A DNA stretch of 64,000 nt, from assembly GCA_964016885.1 (NCBI GenBank), contig OZ024742.1, positions 261,578,001 to 261,642,000 of the forward strand, in the 5' to 3' direction. The notes under the pieces were generated by a model. The model saw nothing but the letters and a program-made list of their open reading frames with translations, had not been told where the DNA came from and searched no databases. The stretch comes from Eledone cirrhosa (Eukaryota). This document shows, piece by piece, positions 1 through 13,439 of this stretch (positions within the stretch are counted from its first letter, which is position 1; each line of letters opens with the position of its first letter). A program made the translations under genes and the position numbers.

Positions 1-563
1 TCTGGCTAAGCAAAGCTGGACTCGAAAGTCATCTTCGCAGTCATAAAGTAAGACCAGTGGTTGACTACCAGGCTGCTGTTGGAGACGCTACTCATCATGC
101 TTGCCAAACATGTGGTAGAGAATGTAAATCAGCAGGAGGGCTCAAGCGACATGCAAAAGTACACAAACTCCAACCACAGCCAACTATTCCCAGTGAATGT
201 TTTGGTTGCCGACTCTGTGCAAGACATTTTAGATCATTGGCTGGGCTAAAAAGTCACATTCGATCGCAGCGCTGTTAGTTGCTATCGTGTGTGTGTGTGT
301 ATAGATATGTTTATGTGTGTGCGTGTATGTGTATATATATATGTATATGTATATTATTATTGTTGTTATTATTATTATTATTATTAATGTATGTGTGTGT
401 GTATATGTGTGTGTGTATATATGTGTATGTATATGTGTATGTATGTATATATATATATTTCTTTTTTTAATTTTAATTTTCTTTTTTATTTATTTATTAA
501 TTTTTTTTTTCTCCTCGTGCAATGGCCATACTCGATAACGAGGGGGCAGGCAGCCATCATCAT
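1..563 (+). mobile_element. 3' end of RTE-clade LINE (C2H2 zinc-finger tail and 3' stem-loop), with the 3' UTR interrupted by microsatellite
   Basis: ORF 57-278 has tandem C2H2 fingers (CQTC...LKRH...H; CRLC...LKSH), like the tail of the RTE at 48850-49150. The 3' end gtgcaatggccatactcgataacgagggggcag...ccatcat is followed by (GTAT)n. Confidence 0.75.
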
Positions 564-604
564 GTATGTATGTATGTATGTATGTATGTATGTATGTATG
601 TTGT

Positions 605-1210
605 CAGGTCACCAGTTGGTGCTACTGGTAACATGTATCCCAGTACAACCTGTCTCATGGTCGGGTCGTTGGCGACTAAACTGGCAACCCCACCAAGGTT
701 TCTTGGTGAGGAGGGTGACTGGACATCCTGCAGGACTAAAAACAAAACCTGTCAAAGGGCAAAGGAGCTCTTAAGAGTCAATGGCCATCCAAAATCACCG
801 GGAGAGATGACCCCTTAGCCTTTGTCAAGGCAGAATTCTAGGAGAAGGAAAACTCTGATATAACACCTGCAACCCTGATGGTATCCAATGATGTTGACTT
901 GTTCTTCTTTTTGGTAAATATCATCTTGGTTAAGAGAGTGGGACTGGCTTTGTGCAGTGCCTTTCCTCACTATAAAAGCTTCACAGCACAGGCATTGCTT
1001 TATATCTGGAGATCTCTCTGCACTTGTCATCACATGGTACCATGGGCCCAGCACTATGTGTCAATAATTGTCACAAGTGTAGTGTTTGTACCAGAGTTTT
1101 CAAGTCGCTGGCTGGACTAAAAAGTCACACTTGTTTAGCGCATCAGTAGGAGTTCTCCTACATGGATATAAAGTAGTGGCCGTACTCGAAAACGAGTTGG
1201 CAGCCACCAT
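605..1210 (+). mobile_element. Non-coding RTE-derived element (SINE-like), subfamily A, copy 1
   Basis: Near-identical to 50429-51036 and 57713-58293. Contains the RTE 5'-UTR-type motif CTAGGAGAAGGAAAACTCTGA and an RTE-like 3' hairpin. Flanked by (TATG)n on both sides. Confidence 0.85.
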
Positions 1211-1284
1211 GTATGTATGTATGTATGTATGTATGTATGTATGTATGTGTGTATGTATGTATGTATGTATGCATGTATGTATGA

Positions 1285-1460
1285 ATACTCCATACACCTG
1301 GATTTGGCATGTGGCATCTGTACTAAAGTGTGCCACTCTGCAGGTGGACTAACACGGCACCACAAAGCATGCCACGCAAATCAAACTGAGATAGGCGGGA
1401 AACCTAGCTGTATATTGTATGAAATGACATGTAAATCACTTCCAAGTCTCGTAAGCTAAG
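1285..1460 (+). pseudogene. Degenerate RTE zinc-finger tail fragment
   Basis: Translation LACGICTKVCHSAGGLTRHHKAC resembles the RTE C-terminal C2H2 fingers. Confidence 0.5.
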
Positions 1461-1539
1461 ACGTTATTTGTAACATCAATAACATTTTTCGTCAATGTCT
1501 GATTTTTCTAAGAAGTGATCGTACGAACTGACTTCTACT

Positions 1540-1926
1540 ATATATGTATGTATGTATGTATGTGTGTGTATGTATGTATGTATGTATGTATGTATGTATG
1601 TATGTATGTATGTGTGTGTATGTATGTATGTACTTATGTGTGTGTGTATGTGTGTATGTATGTGTGTATGTATGTATGTATGTATGTATGTATGTGTGTG
1701 TATGTATGTATGTGTGTGTATGTATGTATGTATGTACTTATGTGTGTGTGTGTGTATGTGTGTATGTATGTATGTGTGTATGTATGTATGTTTGTATGTG
1801 TATGTGTGTATGTATGTATGTTTGTATGTGTATGTATGTGTATGTATGTGTGTGTGTATGTATGTATGTGTGTGTATGTATGTATGTATGTGTGTGTATG
1901 TGTGTGTGTATCTATGTATGTATGAA

Positions 1927-1961
<35 letters not shown>

Positions 1962-2414
1962 TTCTATGTATGTATGTATTTATGTGTGTATGTATGTATG
2001 TGTGTGTATGTATGTGTGTGTATGTGTGTGTATGTATGTGTGTGCGTTTCTATGTATGTATGTATTTATGTGTGTATGTATGTATGTGTGTGTATGTATG
2101 TGTGTGTATGTATGTATGTGTGTGTATGTATGCATGCGTGTGTGTATGCATGTGTGTGTATGTATGTATGCATGCAGGCATATATGTATGAATGCCTGTA
2201 TGTGTGTATGCATGTATGCGTGTATCCATGTATGCATGTATGTATGTGTGTATGTATGTATGTATGTATATGTATGTATATATGTATGTATATATGTATA
2301 CATGCATGTATGTGTGGGTAACGGTAACAAGAAACATGCCTAAGCTGTCTGTCGCCCACTGAAGTCGAACCGAGAACCATATACGGAACCATGTGATGCT
2401 ATATGTGTGTGTGT

Positions 2415-2497
<83 letters not shown>

Positions 2498-2741
2498 TGT
2501 GTGAGTGTGTGTGAGTGTGTGTGTGTGTGTGTGTGTGAGTGTGTGTTTGTGTGAGTGTGTGAGTGTGTGAGTTTGTGTGTGAGTGTGTGAGTGTGTGTGT
2601 GAGTGTGTGAGTGTGCGTGGGTGGGTGTGTGTGAGAGTGTGCGTGAGAGTGTGTGTGAGTGTGTGAGTGTGTGTGTGTGTCGGTGTCAGCGTGCGTGTCT
2701 ATGCGTGTGACTATTTGATTTTAAACACTCACAAACACACA

Positions 2742-2803
<62 letters not shown>

Positions 2804-2845
2804 TACATACATACATACATACACAGATACACAGATATATATATG

Positions 2846-2889
<44 letters not shown>

Positions 2890-2890
2890 G
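1540..2890. repeat. Compound microsatellites (TATG)n/(TG)n/(CA)n/(TAGA)n
   Basis: Visible directly; the ORFs here are MYVC/HT low-complexity artefacts. Confidence 0.95.
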
Positions 2891-2945
2891 ATTTCTTTAT
2901 TAGCCACAGGGGCACAAAAGAAGGGGACAAATACAAAGGGGTAAG
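2888..2945 (-). mobile_element. 3' terminal fragment of the Tx1-like LINE
   Basis: gccacaggggcacaaaagaaggggacaaatacaa matches 13202-13236. Both copies abut (TAGA)n. Confidence 0.7.
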
Positions 2946-3318
2946 TTTACATACAATAAAAACGTGTAAAATGTTATCACAAATGCAATTTAAAAAATAG
3001 TCTGTTGATAAATGTTTTGCATAAGTGAAACAAGTATTTTATGTTGATTACTGACATGTGTACCTCATTAAAGATAATTACATATTTTGATAATATATTC
3101 CTGGAATATAATTACTTAAATATAAAATTAGAATTATATTTCTCGCCCTTGCATCATTATTAGTGTTCGACATAACTCATACGTACATATGTATATGTAT
3201 ATATGTGTGTGTATGTATATATACATGTGTGTGTGTGTATATATATATGTATATATATATATATATATAGATAGATAGATAGATAGATAGATATGATATG
3301 ATATATAAGATATATATA

Positions 3319-3347
<29 letters not shown>

Positions 3348-3349
<2 letters not shown>

Positions 3350-3886
3350 GATGGCTGCCCCCTCGTTATCGAGTATGGCCGTTGCACGATATACCATTAT
3401 TAATAATTATTAATTAATTCTATCGTGCAATGCCTGTGCGTGAAGTTATTTTTTAAAGTGAGGAAAGACTGTGCACTGAGCCAATCCCACTCTCTGAGCG
3501 ACAGTAGCTATAACCGGAAAAGAAGAAAAGAACAACATCATCTGTAACTACTGAGCCGCAGGTTTTATATCGGAGTTATCCCAGTTTCCTGAGTTGCCTT
3601 CTCCTAGAAGAATGCCCTGACAAAGGCTAGGGGTCCTTCACTCCCAGTGGTTTAACCGCGCGGTACATGTGTAAATACATATTTACACACTTTGGGATGG
3701 CCGTTGACTCTTATGAGTTCTTCCGCCCTTTGTCAGGTTTGGTTTTTGTCCTGCAAGGTGTCCAAAATCACCCGGCAACCCTAGCAAGTAAACTTGTTGG
3801 GGTTGCCGGTTTAGTCGCCGACGCGACCCGACCATGCGACAGGTTGTATTGGGTTACATGTTACCAGTAGAACTCGAGAGTGACCC
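3348..3886 (-). mobile_element. Non-coding RTE-derived element, subfamily B
   Basis: Reverse complement aligns with 58342-58924 and 24709-24989. Flanked by (TA)n. Confidence 0.85.
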
Positions 3887-3979
3887 GTATATATATATAT
3901 ATATACATACATGCATATATATATATCGAGTACGGCGATAGCTTACATATATATATATATATATATAGATATATATATA

Positions 3980-4046
<67 letters not shown>

Positions 4047-4113
4047 GGAGTTGCGACCGATAGATAGTATTAGCAACTGGAAAGACCAACGGAAACATTG
4101 TTTCCTCGGGTCG

Positions 4114-4151
<38 letters not shown>

Positions 4152-4576
4152 TAATATTTATGTATATGTATGTATGTATATATATATGTGTGTGGGGCGG
4201 GGGTATGCATACTTACAATTACTTAAATGTTTAACTTGTACGACATGTATTGGGTAACTTTGGAGAAATAACTATTTTCAAGAACAATGTTGATTGGAAA
4301 GCGAACTTCGTATTGTATGAACAAGATATATAGGAAATGTATTGCATGTATTCGTGTGTAAATTTAAAAAGGTTATAGACAAAGGTACATAGAAAAAAAT
4401 ATAGAAAATTACATACGCACATACGCACGCCGACTTCGACACAAATACACACAAACACAAGCTCACACTATTACACACATTCACACGCATTCACATACAA
4501 ACAAAATCACACAAAAAAATCACACAAAAAGATACGAGTGCGCACGCACGCACACACACGCACACACACACACACA

Positions 4577-4623
<47 letters not shown>

Positions 4624-5249
4624 ACACACCCGTAGAAAAAAGTTTGATGAAAGTGGAATCACCATTCCCATGACACACGCCTCTTCTGCATTACACACAC
4701 AAACAAAGAAACAAATACATACATGCGTACATACACACATACACACGCACACACATATAGACACACACATACACACAGACTTACACACACACAAACACAA
4801 AAACACATGACACAAACGTCACCTCTGACGTCAGAACTAATAAAATTTATCACAACCAATCAAAAATTAACACTCAACTGTGTACGAGTATATGTATGTG
4901 TATGCGTATGTGTATGTAAATGTCTTTTACGTATGTTCGGGCTTGTGTCTCTCCGTGTATCTGCATGTACGTACGTGTGAGCGTGTATGGTGTGTATTTA
5001 TGTGTGCATACCTGTATGTACATATATGTGAGCCTATGTGCATGCATACGAGTGTGTATGTTTATGTACAGGTACGTCTTTCATTATGCATGCTTGTATG
5101 TATGTGAGTACGCACATGTGCATCTATATATATGTATACATGTATGTATGCATGTATACATATATGTAAGTATATTTACGTATGAATATGTGTATGCATT
5201 TGTATATATATATGTACGTATGTTCGTATGTTTGTATGTGTTTTATATG

Positions 5250-5355
<106 letters not shown>

Positions 5356-5454
5356 GAGAAATCACAGTTCTGATATTACGGACATGTGGTTAAAATGTCT
5401 CAGGAAAGAAACGCTGGGTAGATTTAACATGAAAAAAACCAACCGTGCAAGAAG

Positions 5455-5455
<1 letters not shown>
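5356..5455 (+). pseudogene. Small RTE/Expander-type RT C-terminal fragment
   Basis: Similar to the reverse complement of 42090-42185. Confidence 0.55.
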
Positions 5456-5511
<56 letters not shown>

Positions 5512-5529
5512 CTCCAAAATGGCTAGCTG

Positions 5530-5745
5530 AATACACGTGTTTTTCCGAAAAAGATGTTTCCGTTCTTTCTCATCTCACTCTCTATCTTTCTATTTTATCT
5601 TCTATATTTCTCATTTTATCTTCTGATGAAAAATTAGTGTCCGAAACGTCAAGACGTTTTTTTACAAGATCAAGTGTTAATTCAATACATTTCTTCATTG
5701 TACTGTGTCGTTTGTTTTGTTTGTTTTTTTTGTTGTTGTTTTTTT
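5530..5745 (+). mobile_element. Solo PLE pseudo-LTR fragment with a decayed hammerhead (5619-5654)
   Basis: tctt-CTGATGA-...-GAAA-CGTC^aaga; homologous to 8190-8310. Confidence 0.65.
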
Positions 5746-5764
5746 TGCACACACAGACACACAG

Positions 5765-5857
<93 letters not shown>

Positions 5858-6038
5858 TCGTTTTAACTGGTGCTATTTCTAGTGGCAGGACATTGACCTT
5901 TCCGCCCTTGCCTTCTATCTTTACACACGGCACTAGACAAGATTGTTTCTTTATCATACACTCTCATCCGGGAACAGTTCTGTATGGCGCCAGTTCGTGA
6001 TTTGAACTCGGGAATTTTAAATTCTCCGAGTGAGAAGA

Positions 6039-6122
6039 ACCCTCTGACGAGAGTCTCCTTCTCAATGGTGTTCCGCATGGATTATCCATTTATTTTAAGA
6101 CTTGAAACCGCGCGGTAAGGGT
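6039..6122 (+). ncRNA. Type I hammerhead ribozyme
   Basis: Helix I ACCCT/AGGGT; core CTGACGA 6044-6050; helix II GAGTCT/AGACTT; GAAA 6104-6107; palindromic helix III CCGCGCGG; cleavage triplet GUA. Confidence 0.85.
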
Positions 6123-6190
6123 AAATATAGTAAGTACAGTAAACTTTTTAGAATTTATTTTAAAACTTTTTCTCTATTTGCTAAACCTTG

Positions 6191-7075
<885 letters not shown>

Positions 7076-7891
7076 CCCATCACCTTACCACTCTGGTGAC
7101 ATATCCCCCGTTCCTTCCATATCCTCTCTTCTCACCCCGTCACTTCCCGCTTTTTTCCAAATCCACCCATTACTGCTTTTAAGCGTGCCCGCAACCTCCG
7201 TGGCCTCCTGGTTTGCAGTTCCTTCTCGTCCTCTCCCACAACTCCACCCGGCTCTCATCCTTGTTCCCGTTCCCGCTGCAACACTTGTCCCTTTATTTCC
7301 ACCCTCACCACTCTTACAGGCCCTAACGGGTCTTTCCGTATCCGCCACTCTTTCACCTACACATCCACCCACGTTGTCTATGCCCTCCGGTTTTCCCTTT
7401 GCGGGTCTTTATACATCGGACAAACGGGACGCCGTATGGTGGACCGATTTGCTGGGCATTTGAGAGACATACGTCTCGGTTTGGATACTCCTGTCGCCCG
7501 TCATTTCTGTTCTCCTGGTCATTCTTCCCTACATGTTTCAGTCCTGGGTGTCCTTTTACATCAGGCCTCGCGCACCAGGACTGAACAAAGTCTGATTCAC
7601 CGTCTTGGGTCCTATTCCCCTCTTGGACTCAACTCACCTCCCCAATTTCTCTAATATCCCGTCCATTATCACACCCCTAGATTCCTATCACTTTCTCTTG
7701 ATCATTAACATCTCTTACAACTAATACATGCCGACTATATATGCTCACTCTACTTTTCCCTTCACTACTCTGTATACACACATACACACCCTTATATTAA
7801 CATACTTTTGCTCATAGCTTCGTACTTACATGCACACACACTCTTTTACTCACATATACACACATTTCTTCTTAGCTTCGTACGGACGTAT

Positions 7892-7980
<89 letters not shown>

Positions 7981-8310
7981 CTTATGCACAAGTATACCTC
8001 TTTTTACAGAACGGTTTTTTTCCATTTCAGTTAGACGCGCTCCATCATCCACTTCTCTAAAAAATTAATCATACACAAAACGCCAGCACCAATAGTTTTG
8101 CAAGAGATGTCAACATGAATGGACCTGTTATTTTTATCTAAAGACATTTTTTCCAATTCCAACCCACCCGTCCCTTCAATCTACCTTATTTCTCATTATT
8201 TCTTCTGATGAAGGACTAGCGTCTGAAACGTTAAGGCCCTCTTCCTGCAAGCGTTAACCTAATATATCCCTTCCATATACTGTACCGACTGTGTTGTTAT
8301 TTCTGTTTAC
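7076..8310 (+). mobile_element. 3' part of a second PLE (Neptune/Poseidon-like GIY-YIG) with 3' pLTR and hammerhead
   Basis: VVYAL...LYIGQTGRRMVDRFAGHLRDIR...PVARHF GIY-YIG motif; hammerhead at 8201-8236. Confidence 0.8.
8201..8236 (+). ncRNA. Minimal type I hammerhead ribozyme in PLE pLTR
   Basis: tctt CTGATGA a GGAC tagc GTCT GAAA CG TT^aagg. Confidence 0.7.
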
Positions 8311-8333
8311 CTTTTATATATATATATATATAT

Positions 8334-8450
8334 TTGTTTCTACTTTAGGCACAAGGCCAGCAATTACCCAGTGCATTACTGGTACTTTATTTTATCGACC
8401 CCGTAAGGATGAAAGGCAAAGTCAACCTCGGCGGGATTTGAACTCAGATC
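8334..8450 (-). mobile_element. 5'-truncated tRNA-derived SINE
   Basis: Reverse complement of 26503-26620. Confidence 0.8.
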
Positions 8451-8925
8451 GTTGTTATACTTGGGGAGGGTCATATTTGTGTAATAATATTGCCAGAATT
8501 AATTACAGAACACACTCACTGTTTGGTTGGTTTTCGCTTCTTTGTCCTTTATATCAGTTAATTTAATTTATTCGGTCCTCAATGTTGCCATTGACTGACC
8601 AACGGTCAAAAATACAGATACAAAATAGACACAAACACATATATATAGTCTATCAAAGTTCTTTCGTTGCACATCTGCAACATCGTTAGTGTTGCTATTA
8701 TGTTTCCTCCCGTTGCATTGTATGCTTACGCTATCTTTATTTAGTCTGTTTATTTATTTATTTGTTTATTTTTTTGTCTTCTCTGCGCATGCGTTTGCGT
8801 GTGTGTATAGTGTTTTGTTTGATGTGTGTTCTTGTTTGGGTGACTGTGTATTGGTTAATGTATTCTATCTTAGTTTACTAGTGTGTGTTTATATGTGTTT
8901 GCTGTTATTGTGCTTGTGTATGTAT

Positions 8926-8972
<47 letters not shown>

Positions 8973-9440
8973 TACTTCTCTTAGGTCAGTGTTGTTTGTT
9001 TGGGTGTTGTTATTCCATTCATTTTTTCTGTTTAGCCTTGGCCTTCTAAGTTCTATTTCGCTAGCCTCTCTGATTTGCATATCTGCTGGGTCATTTCTAT
9101 GTTTAGATATTATTCTAACTTCTATGTTGTCTATGTTACCGTCTTGTTGTTGTCCAGACAACAACACAACGTGTAATACACTGCCTTGTGTCTACAGAAG
9201 ACAATTTACCTATGTTTACAGAAAATATTTCTGAATATTTGGAACAAGTTAAAAGACATAAAACGATGGATTTCATAATTTAAAATGTGATTTTATGGAT
9301 AATTAAGCTGTCGTGACACGCTAGCCCTTAAAATCACAAGTAAAATTGTTTTTCCAGTTGAGCAGATTGAAGCAAATATTTTTCGTAATTACAAATTCAC
9401 ACCGATATAGTGTGTGTATCTATATATCTATCTATCTATG

Positions 9441-9487
<47 letters not shown>

Positions 9488-9807
9488 ATATATATGTATG
9501 TGTGTGTGTGTGCATGTGTGTGTGTGTGTGTTTGTATTTATCATTTATTGTTGTTGTGGTATATCTATGGCCACTGTATTCGGTCGTTTTCTTGGTGTCA
9601 CACTTTTAACACTTGTGTTTACTCTGGATAATAACATTAACTTTTCGCTCCATTGAGTGTTTTGTGATTGCCTCAAACAAATCGAATACTACATGTTGTA
9701 CAGCAGCTACAACATTAGGGTTACACCTAATATATAATATATATATATATTTAATTAATAAACATTCGTTGTACTGCCTCTCTGTTTTGTTCCTGTTCAA
9801 ATTTTCC

Positions 9808-9841
<34 letters not shown>

Positions 9842-9847
9842 CTCACC

Positions 9848-9893
<46 letters not shown>

Positions 9894-10714
9894 CTCACCT
9901 CCGACATGTTCGCAATCGACTTTTTCTCCGAAAACGAAATGGGATCAGTGAGGAACCCTCTGATTTTCCCAGCCCCAGAGATTTCTTCAGTGAGAATTTT
10001 TTTCTTTTCCGGGTTTTTTTTATTTGTTGTCGACCGATCTGACATCCGACTCCTTTGTTAACGACTCCTTTTTTTCGAAAACTGAGGCGGCGAGGGAGGG
10101 GGGGGGGGGCTCGGAGTTACAGATAAGCACCTCTCAGCCGGTTAGATCTATAGAAAAGCAATCTCTTGAACAAGGCCATCTTAATAGCATTATAGGCCCC
10201 CGGGCAAAACAGAGCACTGGGGCCCCTACCTACACAATCACTCACAGGAATAAAAATACAAATGATCAATATAATTAAAGATATATTCATTGTATTGGTA
10301 TTTCCAACGAAATCAGTGTTTATACATTAAAAACATGTGGTACATCAAAGATTAATTAACACAAACGTTTGAACAATATAACATGAGCCTTGAAAACACA
10401 CAAAAATTTCAGCACAAATGATATTCAATTCGTAAAACATACAGACGGAGATTGCGCAGTATCAAATTACGATGAACTATTTATTAATAATCAGGTGGTC
10501 AATGCAAATATTTGCGAAATTTCTTTGGAGAGAATTGCTTTATAATTGGCTTAAAGTCAATGGTTTTCAGGATTTCATTTTCCATACGCACGAGTGAAAG
10601 CCAGTTCAAACGCTGCTGTCCCATTTTGCTGCGAAGCTGATTTTTTATAAGTCTCAGTCTTGAAAATGAACGTTCTCCTCTACAGTCTTGGAAATTGTTT
10701 TATACCGAACATAA

Positions 10715-11410
10715 TATTTACGGTAAAAAATGCTTGCATTTCCGCAGCATCTGTCGGTCGTCAAACAGATCGGGTTTTCCTCGATTTGAAATCTGTTGTT
10801 CGGCATATCGATTAATCTCTTCTGCCACAACTTCGAAGAAAGTTTGTGGTAAAAACAAAAAGAAATAATCCAGTGCTTTAGCATCAGGAGCTAATGTGTG
10901 TTGTGGACCAGTAATTTGAATAAAATCGGGAACATATATTAGTGTGGTATTTTTCAACCACGTTGCTGTAATATTTTCAATGGCGTCCTGGAGACCTCCT
11001 TCGTTTTCACTTTCAAAACAATCATCGTCGGACGAAATTTCAGAAATATAAACATTCAGATTCATTTGAAGATAAATCACTAATATTATCGTTTGTTTGT
11101 TGTTTATTCTGAATGTCGTCGTGTGTAAAACCTTCAAAGTCGGTATCGTTACTTTCATAAGCCATGTTTATACAAAAAAAAATTTGTTGCACTTTCAAAG
11201 TTAAAAAAACACTTGTTGTTTTAGCTTGTTTCACTATATTAAGTGTTAATTTTCGCGGTAAGGGCCTAATCTCGTAGCAGTCTCGAATTGACGAGATTTT
11301 GATGATGGTTTGTTTATTTTTAGAACGATGTTTTAGTGTGGGCGATTTCGGGCGGTTTGAACAAATGAAGGGAAAATAATTTCGGGCGGTTTGAACACTA
11401 AAGGGTTAAA
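10715..11410 (-). mobile_element. piggyBac transposon 5' fragment nested in the hAT
   Basis: Terminus TTAA+CCCTTTAG (reverse complement at about 11398-11409); acidic N-terminus followed by DYFFLFLPQTFFEVVAEEINRYA, typical of PGBD-like transposases. Confidence 0.75.
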
Positions 11411-11414
11411 CCAA

Positions 11415-11763
11415 ATATTCGCTGAGGGTCGCCATTCAAATCTTACCAAACAAAAAACTGTAATAGTATCATGATGCTCAATTGCCACAGAAACTGAGTG
11501 TTCTAATTTAAAAATTGTTATTATGTAGGGAATTTTTTTATTAAAAAAAATTTTGTTGTGGCCGGTATTATGAGGTTATAATTAATATATTTATTATAAC
11601 AAATATATTTAAAAGTGGCTGGTATACGGTTTGAAGGAGTGACAGGTTTTGTAAAGAAAAATTATATTAATTTTAACACCATTTTGCCAGGACTTTTTTA
11701 AAACAACCGCTTTAGAAAGGTGGTCGGTTTTATGGCGGACCGGTTTAGAGAGTTCTTACTGTA
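11415..11763. mobile_element. pogo/Tigger-like MITE remnant
   Basis: End reads ...gaccggtttagagagttcttactgTA (reverse complement TA-CAGT terminus); only one end was recognised. Confidence 0.4.
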
Positions 11764-11854
11764 TAGTATAGTATTTATCAATTGACAGCAAGTCGCTATC
11801 CTCGTGGGGCCCCCGGGAAACTGCCCAGCGTGCCCATACGCTAAGACGGCCCTG

Positions 11855-12580
11855 CTCTTGATACTAAAGGATGTTTTGATCCTTCATCATGTTGTACTGT
11901 TGGGAAAAGCGTTGTAAACTTAATTAATCAACTGTTCCCCAATTTCCAAATCCGCCAGTACAATGAGGGGTGGCTGTGTGAAAGAACAATCCTTGCCCCC
12001 CAAAGAACATCACAGTAAATTCCATCAACAAAAATCTCTCACAGATGATCCCTGGATGTAACCAGACCTATAAATCTATCGACAAAGTTGTCGACGAGGA
12101 CGATGCTGTTCATTATCTTATTGAATTTCTCAACAATCTAGAACTGTCCGGTATGCTGCCACACAACCTTGAATTGAAGAAGGGCACAGTCACCATGCTT
12201 CTCAGAAACCTGTATCAGCCATGATTGAGCAATGGGACGCTTATGGTTGTGACTGAACTACAGCCTCACATTATCGAAGCCAAAATCCTCACTGGGTGTG
12301 GTAAGGAAGACATCGTATTTATATCTATAATACCACTAATACCAACAGATGTCCCCTTTTGTTCCAATGATTACAATTCCCAGTGATTGTCAGTTATGTA
12401 ATGACCATTAACAAGTCCGAAGATCAAACCCTGCAGGTTGTTGGCCTCGATCTAGAAGAGGGCTGCTTCTCACATGGTCAATTGTATGTAGGTTATTCCA
12501 GACTAGGAAGACCCCACAAACTCTTCATATATGCTCCAAAGAAAAAAGTTAAAAACATTGTATATACTGAAGTTTTGTAA
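11855..12580 (+). pseudogene. Helitron Pif1-like helicase C-terminal pseudogene
   Basis: WLCERTILAP, EFLNNLELSGMLPHNLELKKG..MLLRNL, MTINKS..QTL, FSHGQLYV..SR, KNIVYTEVL; contains stops and frameshifts. Confidence 0.9.
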
Positions 12581-12784
12581 TTGTTTTATAATTTTAGTAG
12601 AATACATTTTCTATTATTTATTATTTTCTTTATTACTTTTATATTTAGATATTCCATAATAAATAAATTCTTAAAATTATGTTATGCGATATTTAAATAC
12701 CTTTTAGTATCTTTTATTTTAAGGAAAATGTGCATTACGATAGATGACAATAGGTGCCTTTTTAATAGATTTGTGCACAGTACA

Positions 12785-12936
<152 letters not shown>

Positions 12937-13439
12937 TTATATATATACATGCACGCACACAAACAAACACACACACACACACAAATATATATATATATAT
13001 ATTCGAATTGCTATTGTGATTCGTGCTTTATGTTGTTGCTATTGTTGTTCTCGTCCGCGGATTAATAAATATATAAATATAGTAATATGTAAATAGTAAA
13101 TAGGTATGTACTTAGATAGGCAGGTAAATAGATAGACAGACAGGCAGACAGACATGCAGACAGACAGACAGATAGATATATAGATAAGTTTCTATTTATT
13201 TGCCACGAGGGCACAAAAGAAGGGGACAAATACAAGAGGGAGGGTTACATAAAGGAACGAATAAAAAATAAATAACAAATATAAAATTAACAATATAGTC
13301 CTCAATAGGGAGGAGGCGTTTGGGGGGTTACACACACCCCCGAAAAAGTGTGCCACCCTTTTCCTTAGGAGCACAGAGAGGGGGTGCTCCTTTGCACTTC
13401 CACCTTTCCACCTACAGGCTGATAAAGAGAGAAGGCCCA

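Larger units (their letters stand above)
10171..11854 (-). mobile_element. Non-autonomous/deleted hAT DNA transposon
   Basis: TIRs caaggccatctta...taagacggccctg; 8-bp TSD ctcttgaa/ctcttgat; minus-strand hAT dimerisation-domain remnant (NQLRSKMGQQRLNWLSL) at about 10505-10700. Confidence 0.8.

Noticed and set aside
57-278. Possible host C2H2 zinc-finger gene exon
   Set aside because: Same architecture as the RTE tail at 48850-49150, and followed by the RTE 3' hairpin.
607-690. Canonical HDV-like ribozyme
   Set aside because: P4/CTAA/P2-like pieces exist, but P1, P3/L3 and P1.1 could not be assembled consistently. Kept only as an unclassified structured leader.
11855-12580. Host PIF1 helicase gene
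   Set aside because: Intronless, with stops and frameshifts and a Helitron-type C-terminus.
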